A stretch of DNA of 64,000 nucleotides from Candidatus Bathyarchaeota archaeon (GCA_963767735.1 CAVYES010000006.1:160001-224000), one strand, 5' to 3'. Positions 20,228-32,539 are shown, numbered from the stretch's first letter. Translations and numbers: made by a program. Notes: generated by a model not told the origin, from the sequence alone.

Positions 20228-21481
20228 TTAAGGGTTTGCAGACAAGTAAAGCATAGCAAAGTAAGCCATAGCCGCCAGCATTGAAGGTTTCCCTAAAACT
20301 TTAAGCATAAGCTTTCCTTGAAAGTCGATTTCATCCACATCGCTTAATGCTTTATCCACACCCAACTTTCCGCAGATCCGCAGCATTTCATCCACTTTCT
20401 CGTCAGACAGAGAATCAAGAAACCGTCTAAGCCTAAGCATAACATTAAAATCAAAACTCAACAAGTCAGAACAGCGTTTCTGATAAACCTGCAAAAAATC
20501 AGATGAAACGTCACCTTGCTTTATGGCTTCGCTAGCAGTTTCTGCTGCGATTTTGGCGCATGTTAACCCGAAAATTACTCCGCCGCCAGTGGTCGGTTTA
20601 ACCTGTGAAGCGCAGTCGCCTACAGCAAGAAACCCGTTTGCATAAGCCCTGTCGATTGGACCGCCCAAAGATATGGCGTGATAGCCGATTTGTGTTATTT
20701 TGGCTTTGCCAAGCTGTTTAGATGCAACTGGATGCTTAGACATGAGCTGATGCAGGAATTCACGGGGGTTTCCCTTGTTTGTTGCCAACCCAACCTTTGC
20801 TGTTCCATCAAGCCTTGGAATAAGCCATCCGTAAAAGCCAGGCGCATAATTCTTGCCCAAGTAAACTTCAACCGCATCACGCTCAACGTCTTGTACGTTT
20901 TCTACTTCAGCTTCAACCGCATAAACCAGCCCTTCAGGCTTAAGCGCCGTTAAACCTGCTTGCCTCAAAAGCCTAGAAGAGATGCCTTCCGCATCCAAGG
21001 TAATTTTAGAATAAGCTTTCTCTTCTTTTCCACCGTTTCTTTGGATATTTACGCCTTTGACAAAGCCATCCGCTATAATCAGCGATTGGACACGGGCGTT
21101 TAAAACGAAACGTGCACCAGCCGCTTCTGCTTGCCCAGCCAAGTACTGGTCAAAACGTGCTCTGTTCAGAGCAGCAGTTACTGGACGGGAAAGGTGAAGT
21201 GAAAACTTGGTGCCAGCGGGCGAATAAAAGTTGGCTGTACAAAAAGTGTTTTCAACAATCCCCTTTGGAAGCGGATACAAACCCATGGTGCTTAAGCTTC
21301 GAATGCTCAGGTGCCCAGCGCAATGGGAAGGTAACCCAATTTCAGGGTGCTCTTCAAAAACTGTGACTTTAACGCCTAATTTAGCTAAGTTTAGTGCGGC
21401 ATATGAACCAACAGGTCCGCCTCCAATAATTATGGCGTCTGGAGTATTGCCTGTTGGTTGCACTGTGTGCGTCATCATCAT
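20228..21481 (-). CDS. geranylgeranyl reductase-family FAD oxidoreductase
   Basis: GGGPVG, CAGHLS, YGWLIP, VGDCASQVKPTTGGGV. Confidence 0.88.
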   Translation of the reverse strand: MMMTHTVQPTGNTPDAIIIGGGPVGSYAALNLAKLGVKVTVFEEHPEIGLPSHCAGHLSIRSLSTMGLYPLPKGIVENTFCTANFYSPAGTKFSLHLSRPVTAALNRARFDQYLAGQAEAAGARFVLNARVQSLIIADGFVKGVNIQRNGGKEEKAYSKITLDAEGISSRLLRQAGLTALKPEGLVYAVEAEVENVQDVERDAVEVYLGKNYAPGFYGWLIPRLDGTAKVGLATNKGNPREFLHQLMSKHPVASKQLGKAKITQIGYHAISLGGPIDRAYANGFLAVGDCASQVKPTTGGGVIFGLTCAKIAAETASEAIKQGDVSSDFLQVYQKRCSDLLSFDFNVMLRLRRFLDSLSDEKVDEMLRICGKLGVDKALSDVDEIDFQGKLMLKVLGKPSMLAAMAYFAMLYLSANP

Positions 21482-21485
21482 TATG

Positions 21486-21716
21486 TTACTGGACTAGTTC
21501 AATTCGGCGTTTTCCACGCGCCATTGAAGAAGTGCGGATTTTACCGCTTACCTCAAGCTTTAGCAGCAGATCATTGAAGTCTTTGTAGCCTAAATCGTCA
21601 AACTCACCTTTCAACTGTCCAAAGAGTTCATCATCAGTCAAGTCGCCCTTCTTAGTGAGAACTTCCAACATAACAAAGTAAGCTGGGCGGGTTTTCCAAG
21701 TTTTTATCTGAGGCAT
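21486..21716 (-). CDS. small winged-helix-like protein downstream of cdc48
   Basis: MPQIKTW...LTDDELF...LLKLEVSGKIR; ATG 12 nt after the cdc48 stop. Confidence 0.65.
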   Translation of the reverse strand: MPQIKTWKTRPAYFVMLEVLTKKGDLTDDELFGQLKGEFDDLGYKDFNDLLLKLEVSGKIRTSSMARGKRRIELVQ

Positions 21717-21727
21717 ACGTTTTCCTT

Positions 21728-23924
21728 CTAAGCAACTGGTGTCGCTGGCTTTTGTACTTGTCGGACTTGCTGCATAAAGCTCTTGTACCATTTCTCCATG
21801 TCAGGCGTTACTGATGGACCCATTTCTTTCAGCGCATCCAGGAAATCTTTCATGGTTACTTCTTGGGAGTTTACGTCCCTTCTTAATGCGTGCATTGCGG
21901 CTTCTCTGCATAAGGATTCTATGTCAGCGCCGCCATAGTACTTAGTCATTATTGTCAACTGGTTTAAATCAACGTCTTTGCTGATTGGCATGCCTTTCGT
22001 GTAGATTTTGAATATTTGCAAGCGGCTCTTCTCATCTGGTTCAGGCACATAAATTAATCTGTCAAACCTTCCAGGGCGCAGAACGGCGGGATCCACCATG
22101 TCAGGACGGTTGGTGGCAGCTATAACTACAATGTCTTGTAATGTTACTATGCCATCCATTTCTGTTAGAAGTTGGCTTATGACTCGTTCTGAAACGCCGC
22201 TGTCAGACATACCCATACCGCGTCTAGGCGTAATCGAGTCGATTTCATCTAAGAATACCACTGAAGGCGCTGCCATACGGGCTTTGCGGAATATTTCACG
22301 TATAGCTTTTTCTGATTCTCCAACCCATTTGGAGAAGACTTCAGGCCCTTTAATTGATATGAAGTTGGCTTCGCTTTCTGTCGCCACCGCTCGGGCTAAC
22401 AGTGTTTTGCCGCAGCCTGGTGGACCATAAAGAAGGATGCCTTTTGGCGGTCTAATTCCAAGCTTAGTGAACATTTCTGGGGTCTTCAATGGCCACTCCA
22501 CAGCTTCTATGAGGTGCTGTTTTACGTCTTCAAGTCCGCCTACGTCGTCCCAATGGACAGTGGGAACTTCAATGTACACCTCTCGCATGGCTGTTGGTGT
22601 AATTTCTTTGTACGCGTTGTCAAAATCGCTCATTTGCACTTCCATCTTTTCAAGCACGGCTGGTGGAATGCGTTCTTCTTCAAGGTTAATCTGTGGCAGG
22701 TATCTGCGTAATGCTTTCATGGCTGTTTCTCTGCCTAATGCGGATAAGTCGGCTCCTGTGTAACCATGTGTCATTTCGGCGAGGCGGTCAAGGTTGACTC
22801 CTTCGCCTTTTTCTCCCTCTTTGTAAGGGACCAAGTGGCATTCCTCGTGTGTGTATTTGGAGGACTTCGTATCTTCCCTTCTTGTCAGGAACGCCGATTT
22901 CTATTTCTCGGTCGAATCTTCCTGGTCTGCGCAGTGCAGGGTCAAGTGCGCCTGGACGGTTGGTTGCGCCGATGACTATGACGTTTCCTCTTCCGCTTAA
23001 ACCATCCATTAACGCGAGGAGTTGTGCAACTACGCGTCTTTCAACTTCGCCTGTAACTTCTTCCCGTTTAGGCGCTATAGCGTCAAGCTCATCGACGAAT
23101 ATTATGCTCGGAGCGTTCTGCTGGGCTTGCTGGAAAATCTCTCGCAAACGCGCTTCAGATTCGCCGTAGAATTTGCTCATGATTTCTGGACCGTTAATTG
23201 AGTAGAAGTTGGCTTCTGACTCGTTAGCGACCGCTCGGGCTAATAGTGTTTTGCCGCAGCCTGGTGGACCATGAAGCAGAACACCTTTTGGCGGTTCTAT
23301 TCCTAAGCGTTGGAAGAGTTCTGGGTGGCGGAGTGGCAGTTCGACCATTTCGCGGACACGTTGAATTTCTTCATGTAAGCCGCCGATGTCTTCATAGGTG
23401 GTTCTAGGTAAGCCTTTGCCTTCAGGTGCTGGCTCGTTTAGAATGGTTAAGCGTGTTTCGGCTGTTACTTTTATTATGCCGTGAGGTCGGGTTTTTGAAA
23501 CTGTAAATGGAATGGCGTGTCCCAGCATCATTACTAGGGTTGTGTCGCCTTCCACGAGGGTACGTTCCATGAGGCGGTTTTTAACAAAGTTAGTGAAGTC
23601 TTCGTCAACGTTTAGCCGCATGTCAACTGGTGCAAGCGTTATACTCAGGGCTGTTTTGACTTTTGCTGGTCTCACAACAACGTACTCGTTTATGGCTACG
23701 CCAGAGTTTTTGCGTGTGAAGCCGTCGATACGGATGATATCGCGGTTTTGGTCTTCACTGTAGGCTGGCCAAGCTATGGCTGACGTTGTGCGTTTGTTTA
23801 TAATTTCTATTACGTCTCCAGCGCTTATGCCTAGTTTCTGCATAGTTCGCTGGTCTATGCGGGCGATTCCTCTGCCCACATCTCTTTGCCTTGCGTCTCC
23901 GACACGTAATTGAACTTCGCTCAA
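21728..23924 (-). CDS. cdc48: CDC48/VAT AAA+ ATPase, one frameshift near 22830
   Basis: N-domain [10 protein letters not shown], two GPPGCGKT Walker A motifs, ATNRP, RPGRFDR twice. Confidence 0.95.
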
Positions 23925-24074
23925 ACAGAATCCTCCAAATAATCTGATGCTAAAGATACATGTTTGAAAGAACCTTTATGACTATATAAACTTTAAAGCG
24001 TAACGGTTAAAACTTTCAGGTGCTTGTAAAGCGGGAAGATTGATGGGTTTTTGTAAAAACAAGCGTTAAGCGTT

Positions 24075-24351
24075 TTATCTGCTGCTTCTGCGCACAAACA
24101 TGCATTGCGCTTGGCTGACGCCTGGTAATTTTCCGAGTTTTTCTTCGAACTCGTCAACGATGCCTGTTTTGTCCTCTGGAAACTTTACTTGAACAAGAAG
24201 CGCTACTAAGTCCAAAAGCTATGGGTTCCTCGCCGTATCCTTCAATTGCGGCGAACTCAGGCTTAATGCTTTCAATTTGTTTTTTGAGGTCATCAAAGTT
24301 TTCCACTATGTCTTCTGGAAAAACCTTGTATGTTACAATAACGCTTCCCAT
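24075..24351 (-). CDS. ef1b: elongation factor 1-beta, one frameshift
   Basis: KVFPED...EPIAFGL, then shifted-frame VALLVQVKFPED...VSQAQ. Follows the zinc-finger gene as usual in archaea. Confidence 0.9.
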
Positions 24352-24363
24352 ATTATATCGCCT

Positions 24364-24552
24364 TTATGGTCCTGTGAATCCGCATTTTGGACACTTGTAT
24401 AAGCGGCCGAATTTGCGGCATTTTCCATCACGTTTAATCTGGATTTCTCCGCAGTTGGGGCAGAGGAATTTTGTGGATTCGCTGCCTGGCGGAATTGGTT
24501 TGCCGCAGCTTGTACAGGTAACCAAGGACAGTGTTGTTGCTCTTTCTGTCAT
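24364..24552 (-). CDS. small zinc-finger protein (DUF1610/HVO_2753-like)
   Basis: CTSCG...FLCPNCGE...YKCPKCGFTGP. Confidence 0.88.
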   Translation of the reverse strand: MTERATTLSLVTCTSCGKPIPPGSESTKFLCPNCGEIQIKRDGKCRKFGRLYKCPKCGFTGP

Positions 24553-24674
24553 AATCTACATCTCTTGCGCTTCTAAATGTAAGTCTTACTTATATCTGCT
24601 ATGCTTAAAATTAAAGAGTCATAGAGCTTCGATGTTACATCTCTTTAGCTTAGCAATAAAATAGAAACGTTTTA

Positions 24675-24779
24675 ATTTTTTCCGTTTTGCTCTTTACCTA
24701 TCAAAGTGGGCGTCAGTTAAACTATAAACTCTACTTTTCTTTCCGTTTATATTAGTGCCTGATAAAATACGTTTGTATC
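24675..24779 (-). pseudogene. internally deleted VapC/PIN toxin remnant
   Basis: DTNVF (PIN N-terminal motif) lies only about 60 nt from KVEFIV-TDAHFDR (PIN C-terminal motif), directly downstream of an AbrB-type gene. Confidence 0.5.
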
Positions 24780-25015
24780 TTCTTAAGTTCTTCGTCGTAT
24801 GCTTCATGAGGGTCTATTTCCGTGTTATAATTGGTTTCTTTCGCTATTCTTTGAAACACTGCTACAGCGTCAAAATACTTTTTTAGAATTAATCTTGTCG
24901 CCTTCCAGCGTGAGCTATAATCTTGGAGCCAGGTTCTATTTTGAGGGCTTTTCTCATTGCCTTTGGAATAACGACTTGTCCCTTTTGAACCGACTTTCCT
25001 TTCCTCTTGAATCAA
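24752..25015 (-). CDS. AbrB/MazE/SpoVT-family antitoxin-like protein masked by three +1 shifts
   Basis: Removing three single bases gives RKVGSKGQVVIPKAMRKALKIEPGSKIIVTLEGDKLILKK, the AbrB signature. Confidence 0.75.
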   Translation of the reverse strand: MIQEERKVGSKGTSRYSKGNEKSPQNRTWLQDYSSRWKATRLILKKYFDAVAVFQRIAKETNYNTEIDPHEAYDEELKKIQTYFIRH

Positions 25016-25113
25016 TTACTTCACCACGTAATATTATTCACAATTTTCACTTAAGAGGCATTCGCAAGTTTATTAAGAAGGTTTCTTGCCTATTTTTATT
25101 GTCGTGGTAAATT

Positions 25114-26148
25114 TTGGGTGTAGACTTCAAGGATCTTGTTCCGAAAACTCCCGTTAAGCTGGAAGATTTAGGCGGCAAAGTCATCGCCATCGATGCTTAT
25201 AACGCGATTTACCAGTTTCTCTCCATTATCCGCCAGCCAGACGGTACACCGCTAAAAGACAGCACTGGAAAAGTCACCAGCCACCTGAGCGGCTTATTCT
25301 ACCGTACAAGTAACCTTGTAGAAATGGGCATAAAACCAATCTACGTTTTCGATGGCATTCCGCCGACTTTGAAGGCGGCTGAGATTGAGCGGCGCAGGCA
25401 AGTCAAGGTGGAAGCAGCCGTGCACTATGAGAAAGCAGCGGCAAAAGGTGACACAGCCAAGATGCGGATGTTCGCTCAAGCCACAACAAGCATGAAAGAT
25501 TACATGCAAGACGACAGCCGAAAACTTTTGGAGCTTATGGGTTTGCCGTGGATTCAGGCGCCAAGCGAAGGTGAAGCCCAAGCCGCACAGATGACCAAAC
25601 GCGGCGACGCAGATTACTGTGCAAGCCAAGACTATGACAGCTTGCTTTTTGGAGCACCCAAACTGCTAAGAAACGTAACCATTTCTGGCAGACGAAAACT
25701 CCCAAGCAAAAACATCTACATCGACGTTGTTCCTGAGGTAATTGAGCTTTCCAAAACGCTAGAGCAGTGCGGCTTAACGTATGAGCAATTAATCGATGTT
25801 GGCATCTTAATTGGCACAGACTTCAACCCAAATGGCATAAAAGGGCTTGGACCAAAAACCGCTCTGAAATTAATCAAGCAGTATGGAACATTAGAGAATG
25901 CGTTGCCTAACATAAAAAACGCTGCTTTTCCAGTTGAGCCAAACTGTATAAGAGAAGTTTTTCTGCATCCCCAAGTCACAGACAACTATAAGCTGGAATG
26001 GAAAGAACCAAACGTTGAAGGCGTCATAGACTTCATGTGCAGGCAAAAAGAGTTCTCAGAGGACAGAGTCAGAAAATCCTTAGACAAAATGCTCGAAGGC
26101 ACCAAGAAACAGAAGAGCAAAGTCTCATTGGAAAAATGGTTCGGATAA
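25114..26148 (+). CDS. fen: flap endonuclease 1
   Basis: IDAYN, VFDG, EGEAQAA, SQDYD, GTDFN, C-terminal PIP-like SLEKWF. Confidence 0.97.
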   Translation: MGVDFKDLVPKTPVKLEDLGGKVIAIDAYNAIYQFLSIIRQPDGTPLKDSTGKVTSHLSGLFYRTSNLVEMGIKPIYVFDGIPPTLKAAEIERRRQVKVEAAVHYEKAAAKGDTAKMRMFAQATTSMKDYMQDDSRKLLELMGLPWIQAPSEGEAQAAQMTKRGDADYCASQDYDSLLFGAPKLLRNVTISGRRKLPSKNIYIDVVPEVIELSKTLEQCGLTYEQLIDVGILIGTDFNPNGIKGLGPKTALKLIKQYGTLENALPNIKNAAFPVEPNCIREVFLHPQVTDNYKLEWKEPNVEGVIDFMCRQKEFSEDRVRKSLDKMLEGTKKQKSKVSLEKWFG

Positions 26149-26232
26149 GGTTAGTTTTGGTCATATTCGCCTGAGCTGCAGAAGAACATAAGTTTTAAAT
26201 CTGCAGGAAAACAATCAAGTAGTTGAGGATTT

Positions 26233-26738
26233 TTGGAATTTAATAAAAGAAATAAACAATTGGTTGCCGTTATCTCAGCTATAATAATTGTTTTAGCTGC
26301 TACTTTTTTGGTAGTTTACGAAGATCAACAATCAAAGCTAAATGCAAACGAGCCCGTTATCTATTATTCGTTGTCAGGCACATCTTTTTTCTTTAATACT
26401 ACGGGAACAGCAAAATTACATTGTTATCTATTGTGATAACACTGGCAAGACGGCTGGAGATTTTAATCTTATAATAAAATTTGTTAATGCGACTTTTTCC
26501 GCAACAAAAGAACAGCTCTACACTGAGATTAATGTGGCTTCAGCAGAATTCACGCGGGATCTTAATGCAGGCAGGTTTAAACTCAACGGATGTTTATTTT
26601 TCTATTGACCCCACCGTGAATAGTTTTTCAATTTCGTTATCAATACATAGCAATCAAAGTCCATTGAAAACAATCTCTGAATCTCCCATCTTTCTACAAT
26701 ATAAGTGGAACGTTAATGATTTCCAGCTTAACCAATAG
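26233..26738 (+). CDS. membrane-anchored hypothetical protein, two apparent frameshifts
   Basis: N-terminal TM helix and three overlapping ORF pieces forming a beta-rich extracellular domain. Confidence 0.5.
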
Positions 26739-26877
26739 TTGACGCTGTGTGCATAGAAGGGTAGAATAGTCTTATTACTCGTAGTATTTGGCTGAGGTTT
26801 CCAGGGTAGATTAACCAGCAATTATTATGGAAAATTGAGGGCAGTATAGGTGACGAATGTAAATTTTGCGGATTTTG

Positions 26878-28708
26878 TCACTTTACAGTAACACACTTCG
26901 CTAGGTTTCTTGGCATATCGGGGTCGCATCCTCTCTCAAGAGACAATGTAATACGCTAAAAGCTGCAGGGGTACTGCAAAAGGAATCGGCGACAGAACAC
27001 CAGGAATTCCCTTTGGAACCTCAACGTAGTCATCAGCTAACGATTTGATGTCTTGGTCTCCTTCTTCGACAATGGCGATTATGTGGGCGCCTCTGGCTTT
27101 CATTTCCATGATATTGCCAATCAGCGTCTTGTGGCAGTCATCCTTGGGGCAAACGAAAACTACTGGGAAGCCATTTTCAATCAGGCTGATTGGGCCATGC
27201 TTGCTTTCGCCTGCTGGGAACGCTATCGACGGAATATACGCGATTTCCATCAGTTTAAGTCTGCCTTCAAAAGCAGTGGCGGTGCTGATTCCTCTGCCTA
27301 AGAAGAAGAACACTTTAGAATCCTTGTATTTCTTGGCGATTTGCTTGACTTTTTCCTCTTGTGTTTCAACTATTGTTTCAGCAATTTCAGGTAATTTAAG
27401 CAGATTCGCTTCAAGGCTATCTATTTCATCCTGAGAAACTTTGCCTCTTTTCTTTGCCAATCTGAGCGCAAGTTGCGCCAGCACGGAAAGCTGAGATGTA
27501 AAAGTTTTTGTTGCTGCAACTCCAATTTCTGGACCAGCTTGCGTCCCAATATAAACTCGGGAAACACGTGTCAAAGTGGAGCCGATAACGTTAGTTAAGC
27601 TAAGGATCGTGGCTGCACGTTGCTGGGCGCAGGTGACGGCTGCTATGGTGTCTGCTGTTTCGCCTGACTGACTAACGGCTAAGATGGTGCTGTCAATGTT
27701 TACTGATTTGCCGTGTTGTTCTATGAATTCTGAAGCGTAAACAGGATAGGTGGGCAAGAACGCAAGTTTAGAGAACATGTATGAAGCCGCTAAACATGCA
27801 TGGTAGCTTGTTCCGCATGCAACAAGAAAAACATCGTTGGCTCGGTCTAGAAAAGTTGTAAGTAAATCCAGGTAATGTTCCTGCAGTCTTAGCGTGTTGC
27901 GAAGAGTTTCAGGCTGCTCATGAATCTCTTTAATCATAAAGTGCGGATAGCCTTGTTTAATAGCCATTTCAGCTGTCCACTCAATAGTTTCCGGTTCCCT
28001 GCTGACGGGGCTGGAATCCTGAATTTTCTTAATCTCATAACCTTGAGCTGTCAAAATAACCAGTTCACCATTATTTAACATAACAGCCTTGTTGGTGACT
28101 GGCAGAAACGCTGGAATATCAGAAGCGCAGAAAACACCTTTGCCGTTGATGCCTAAAACAAGAGGGCTCTCATTTCTGGCGCAGATAATCTTATCAGGCT
28201 CTTTTGTGGAGATTACGGCAAGGGCGTAGGAGCCTTCAAGACGCTTGAGGCTTTCTTGAACTGCGTCGACGAAGGAGAGTTTCGGGTTCTGTTTAAGGGT
28301 TTGCTCGATAAGGTGTGGAATTACTTCTGTGTCTGTTTTGGAAACAAATGTGTGATCAAGATTTTGCAGTTCAGTTCTAAGCTCCATGAAATTCTCAATG
28401 ATTCCATTATGAACAACCATTATTTCGCCTGTGCAATCAGAATGAGGGTGAGCGTTCACTTTCAAGGGTGCACCATGAGTCGCCCAGCGTGTGTGACCAA
28501 TACCGATGCTGCCTGGCATATCGTCAAGGTTTAGGATTTTGTGGACCTCATCGATTTTTCCCTGGTCCTTTTTTAGGTACATGTTTCCATCAGATATTGT
28601 TGCTATGCCTACTGAGTCGTAGCCGCGGTATTCAAGCCGTTTAAGTGACGAATGAATTAGGGGAGCGGCGTTTTCTTCTTTTAAAACACAACCAAATATT
28701 CCACACAT
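26878..28708 (-). CDS. glmS: glutamine-fructose-6-phosphate transaminase, frameshift near 3' end
   Basis: MCGI start, EYRGYDS, GHTRWATHG, SQSGET, KHGP; the shifted tail reads DMPRNLAKCVTVK. Confidence 0.96.
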
Positions 28709-28926
28709 TTCAGAAGCCTCGCTTTTCCACAATGATATACGCTTATGGAGGCTACGTTTTGTTAATAAGCATTTTTAATATTTCAGTTTCACCACTGAAA
28801 AGTTTTTTTTAGTAGTTGTTCCCCATTCTTCAAAGCAAGCGAAAACTTCAAGTAGGGTTGAGTCTGAAATTTTTCAACCATTATAAATAAATTTTTTATA
28901 GTACCGGCGTGTTATCTACTATTTGA

Positions 28927-29896
28927 TTGCACATGGATAAAAAACTGCTTCTCCAAGACAACGGCAACACCCAAGAAGTAAAAGAAATCAGCATAATGAA
29001 CGATTCACAAAAACTAAAAATGATTCTCGGCAGCTTAAGCTGGAAAATCTTAACGATATTATCAAAAAAAGAAATGTACCCCTTAGAAATCGCGCGGCAA
29101 CTCGGTATGCATGAGCAAAAAGTCTACTATCACATAAGAAAACTAGCCAAAGCAGGAGCCATAACCGTTGTACGAGAAGAAAAAAAGAAAGGCGCAACAG
29201 CAAAATATTACAAAACCGTTTCACCAGCCTTCGGAATCGAGTTTCCAGACGGCTACAAAGCAATCCAAAACCTTTGCCTCTTAAGCATCGACAAGCAACT
29301 TCAAGAGTTCTTCAAAGAATTCATCAACAACGGCGTTTTTGACGGAAAAATAGTTGTGGGCAGCCCGCAGCCGCATGGTCCATTTAAAACCAGTGCAAGA
29401 GATGGTCACTACGCAGCGCACTTGGCGCTTTTTATCGGGCAATTTGCGAAAATGCCATCAGAATTCGCCGTGAAACTTGACGTTGACGTGAAAGTGGAGA
29501 AGGAAGAAAAGAACAATTTAATCCTTGTTGGGGGTCCAGGCACAAACCTTCTCACACAGGAAATAAACGAGTATTTGCCTATCAAATTCATAATGCAATC
29601 TTCAGAGCAAGGATTCTTGCTCGGCGGTTTATCATCAAAAAAAACTATGCAAGTTTACACTTCGGATGTTTCAGGGTTAATTGCTAAAATCGTGAATCCA
29701 TGGGATAAAACCAAACGCATCGTGGTTTTAGCAGGAAACAAAGCTGTGGGAACGAAAGCATGCGTTTTAGCCTTAACCAATTTTTGGAAGAAAACCCTGC
29801 AAAAATACAAGGGCGAGGAACACTTTTGCAGTTGTGATTCAGGGGTTTGATTTGGATGGGGACGGCAAAGTGGATTCCATTGAGGTTAACGAGTAA
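28927..29896 (+). CDS. ArsR-like HTH regulator with large C-terminal domain, frameshift near 3' end
   Basis: YPLEIARQLG...VYYHIRKL HTH and NLILVGGPGTN; the shifted tail GFDLDGDGKVDSIE ends at 29896. Confidence 0.75.
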
Positions 29897-30332
29897 TTGA
29901 GCGCTAAAGAAACAAAAGAAAACATTTTCGCATTTGGGCATGAGAATATTCAAGCTATTCACCCTTCAACTTTAATGTTCACAAAGGACAAGCACCTGTC
30001 AAAAAATGGCGATTGCATTGTCGCAGTAGCTGCGGATAAAGCAGTGGCTGATTTAAACCAAGAATTCAAAGAGAAATTGAAAAGAGCCAGACGCTAAACT
30101 AACCATAATTATTGAGGCTGGAGGCTTAACTGAGCAAATTAACGCTTTAGGCTCCCCAAAATTGATTTTAACTCACCCAACCGACATTGTGATTAGAAAA
30201 AGCGATTACATCTGTGACCGAACATTGGCAATTCGCGCTGACAAATCAGCAAAAGATTTACCACGAGAACTGGTGGAGAAGCTAAAAAATCCAAACCAGA
30301 AAGTCAACATTACCCTTGTCCTTCGTGGCTAA
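29897..30332 (+). CDS. DUF371-family protein, one frameshift
   Basis: GHENIQAIHPST, GDCIVAV, DIVIRKSDYICDRTLAI. Confidence 0.85.
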
Positions 30333-31405
30333 GAAATTTTGGCGTCTAAAACAATCTGCGACTCGTAAGGTGCAGTTTCCCTGAATGCTTTTTGCATAAA
30401 GAAACGCTTCAACTTTTCTGCCCGTTGACTCTACAGCTTGGGAAAAACGAAGTCTTGAGGTTTTCAATTGAATCAGGTGAACGAACGAAAGCGTAAAAAT
30501 GGATTATTCCGCCATGAGGCTTGATTGCTTGGCAAGCGGCATCAACGAATTCGATGGCTGTTTCAGGCAAATTCATTATCACTCGATCCGCTAAGCCCTT
30601 AAGCCTCGTTGCGGTAATTTGCCTTGCATCGCCAAGAATGGGGAAGACTCGGTTTTCAACCCTGTTAACCCGAGCATTTACTTTAAGCAACTCAACGGCG
30701 TCAGGATTAATATCAACAGCGTAAACTTTCACGTTCGGATTTTTTTTGGCAATCAGCACTGAGAAGGGTCCAACTCCAGCAAACAAATCCACCACAGTTT
30801 CGCCAACTTGAACAAGTGATGCTACCCGCTCGTGCTCATGGGAAAGCCGAGGCGAAAAATATGCTTTAGCGACATCAACGTGGTATTGGCATCCGAATTC
30901 CCTGTGGATAGTTTGGGTTTTGTGTTCTCCAGCAATAAAAGTGAACTCGCGCAATCGGTAGGTTCCGCTTATTGCTCCTGCTTTGGCAAGCACGGTTTTG
31001 ATGTTTCTATGCGTTTTCAGGATTGCTTCGCCGATGAGGTTTTCGTACGGCTTCAAGTTCCGGCGGAATTTCAATGATGGCTATGTCCCCTATTATGTCT
31101 AATGCTTGAGGCAAACTTGCCAGCAAATGCGTGAGGCAACTCTGTTTTCGAGAACTTGCATGAGCGATTGTTCGGTTGGTCTTTTTTCGGTGAAAACTTT
31201 AGTTGGCTAATTGCGTTTCGGGAGCTTCAGTTTTTAGCGTTTCAAACTCATTCTGGTCTGGTTGCCTTATCAATGGAATGCAGAGGTTGCCTTCGTCCCG
31301 CTGAATTTCCAATGATTTATCGATAAGTTCAAGTTTGATAGCTAAGGCTATGGCTTTCTCGCCTTGTTTTTTTGGAATTTTTATGCAAATGGTTGATTTG
31401 GACAT
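30329..31405 (-). CDS. trm5: tRNA (guanine37-N1)-methyltransferase Trm5, several frameshifts
   Basis: DIIGDIAI, YFSPRL, DLFAGVGPF, DINP, IMNLP. Confidence 0.88.
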
Positions 31406-31409
31406 GTGA

Positions 31410-32447
31410 TCAGCTGCTTTTTTCTATCCTGATAGAGGTTGTTTACTTTTTGAATGGTGAATTTGACGTTTAACATTTTTTCCATTAGCCAAATGTTAGA
31501 TTCAATATGCTCAGAAATTGTTCTAACCAAAAAGGTTGATTTGCCCTGTGCCAACGCCATGTAGGGAATAAGCATATCTGCCAAGTAAACATCAACTGTT
31601 GGCTTAACAGACAACTCGGTTAAGAGCTTTTCAGCAGCTTCTTTTCCAACGGCTTCACTCATTTTACGGAGTTCACCAATTGCATCAGCGCCTATGATTA
31701 CGCCTGTGTCGGTTTCAGCCCACAGAACAATGGAGCTTCCTTTTTGAAAAGGGTTTGACTGGTCGTTTACAACTTCGATAGAAGCATTATAGCCGTTTTG
31801 TGAGAGGCGGTCTTGTGCTGCTTTTGCTTGCCGCTCTGCCACTTGCCTATCAGCTAAAAAAGTGCAGACTGAAACGCCCTTATGCTTTTGACTTTGCCAA
31901 AATTTTCAAGCTGAATCGGTTTTAGTGCCTGGTTTGGCTTGACGGTCATTGTTGCTTCGCCCATTCCTTTCGGGTAATAACCGTATTTTTGAACGGTTAT
32001 CGCAGCATCAACGCCCATTTGCTTGAGCGCTGGCAAAAGCACGTATCGCATGTAGTTGATGGTTGGGGCGTGAGTGGTGTCTGTTCCGCCTTTAGCCACA
32101 TGCAAACGCACAGGATTATCAGCGAACAAACAAATAGGCAACGTCGCCAACAGCAGCATTGGGATGCTTCCAGCAGTTTGGATTTCTGCTTCAATATTGC
32201 CGCCTTTTATTTGCTGAGGCGTAAACCAAAGCTCCCTTGAACCTAAGGTTGCTCCTTGCACTTTGGCGTTGCAGAGTTTGGCCGCCGTCAACACTGCTTC
32301 CAAATGCTGATGTTTTAAGCCTGGTTGAGGACGGTTTTGTCTAATGTTAAAGATGTGCAGTGGCTGTTTTATGATGGCTGCTAAAGCTACGGAAAGGCGA
32401 AGTATTGTGCCGCTTCCGCTTTTTTGGCTTCCGTCAATTTCAATCAT
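31410..32447 (-). CDS. rtcA: RNA 3'-terminal phosphate cyclase, frameshifted
   Basis: IDGS...GSGTILR, RPQPGLKHQH, GGTD, GYYPKG, VDVYLADML. Confidence 0.92.
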
Positions 32448-32539
32448 GCTCTTTTTTCTTCCAGACTTAAGCTATTGTGTGTATTGCAAATAATTAATAA
32501 GCGTCTTGGGATTATTTAGGAGTTTAAGGGAGCGTTTGG

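Noticed and set aside
22788-22840. Possible intein or true split in CDC48
   Set aside because: Only a short charged loop insertion ([11 protein letters not shown]) plus one extra base; no intein motifs.
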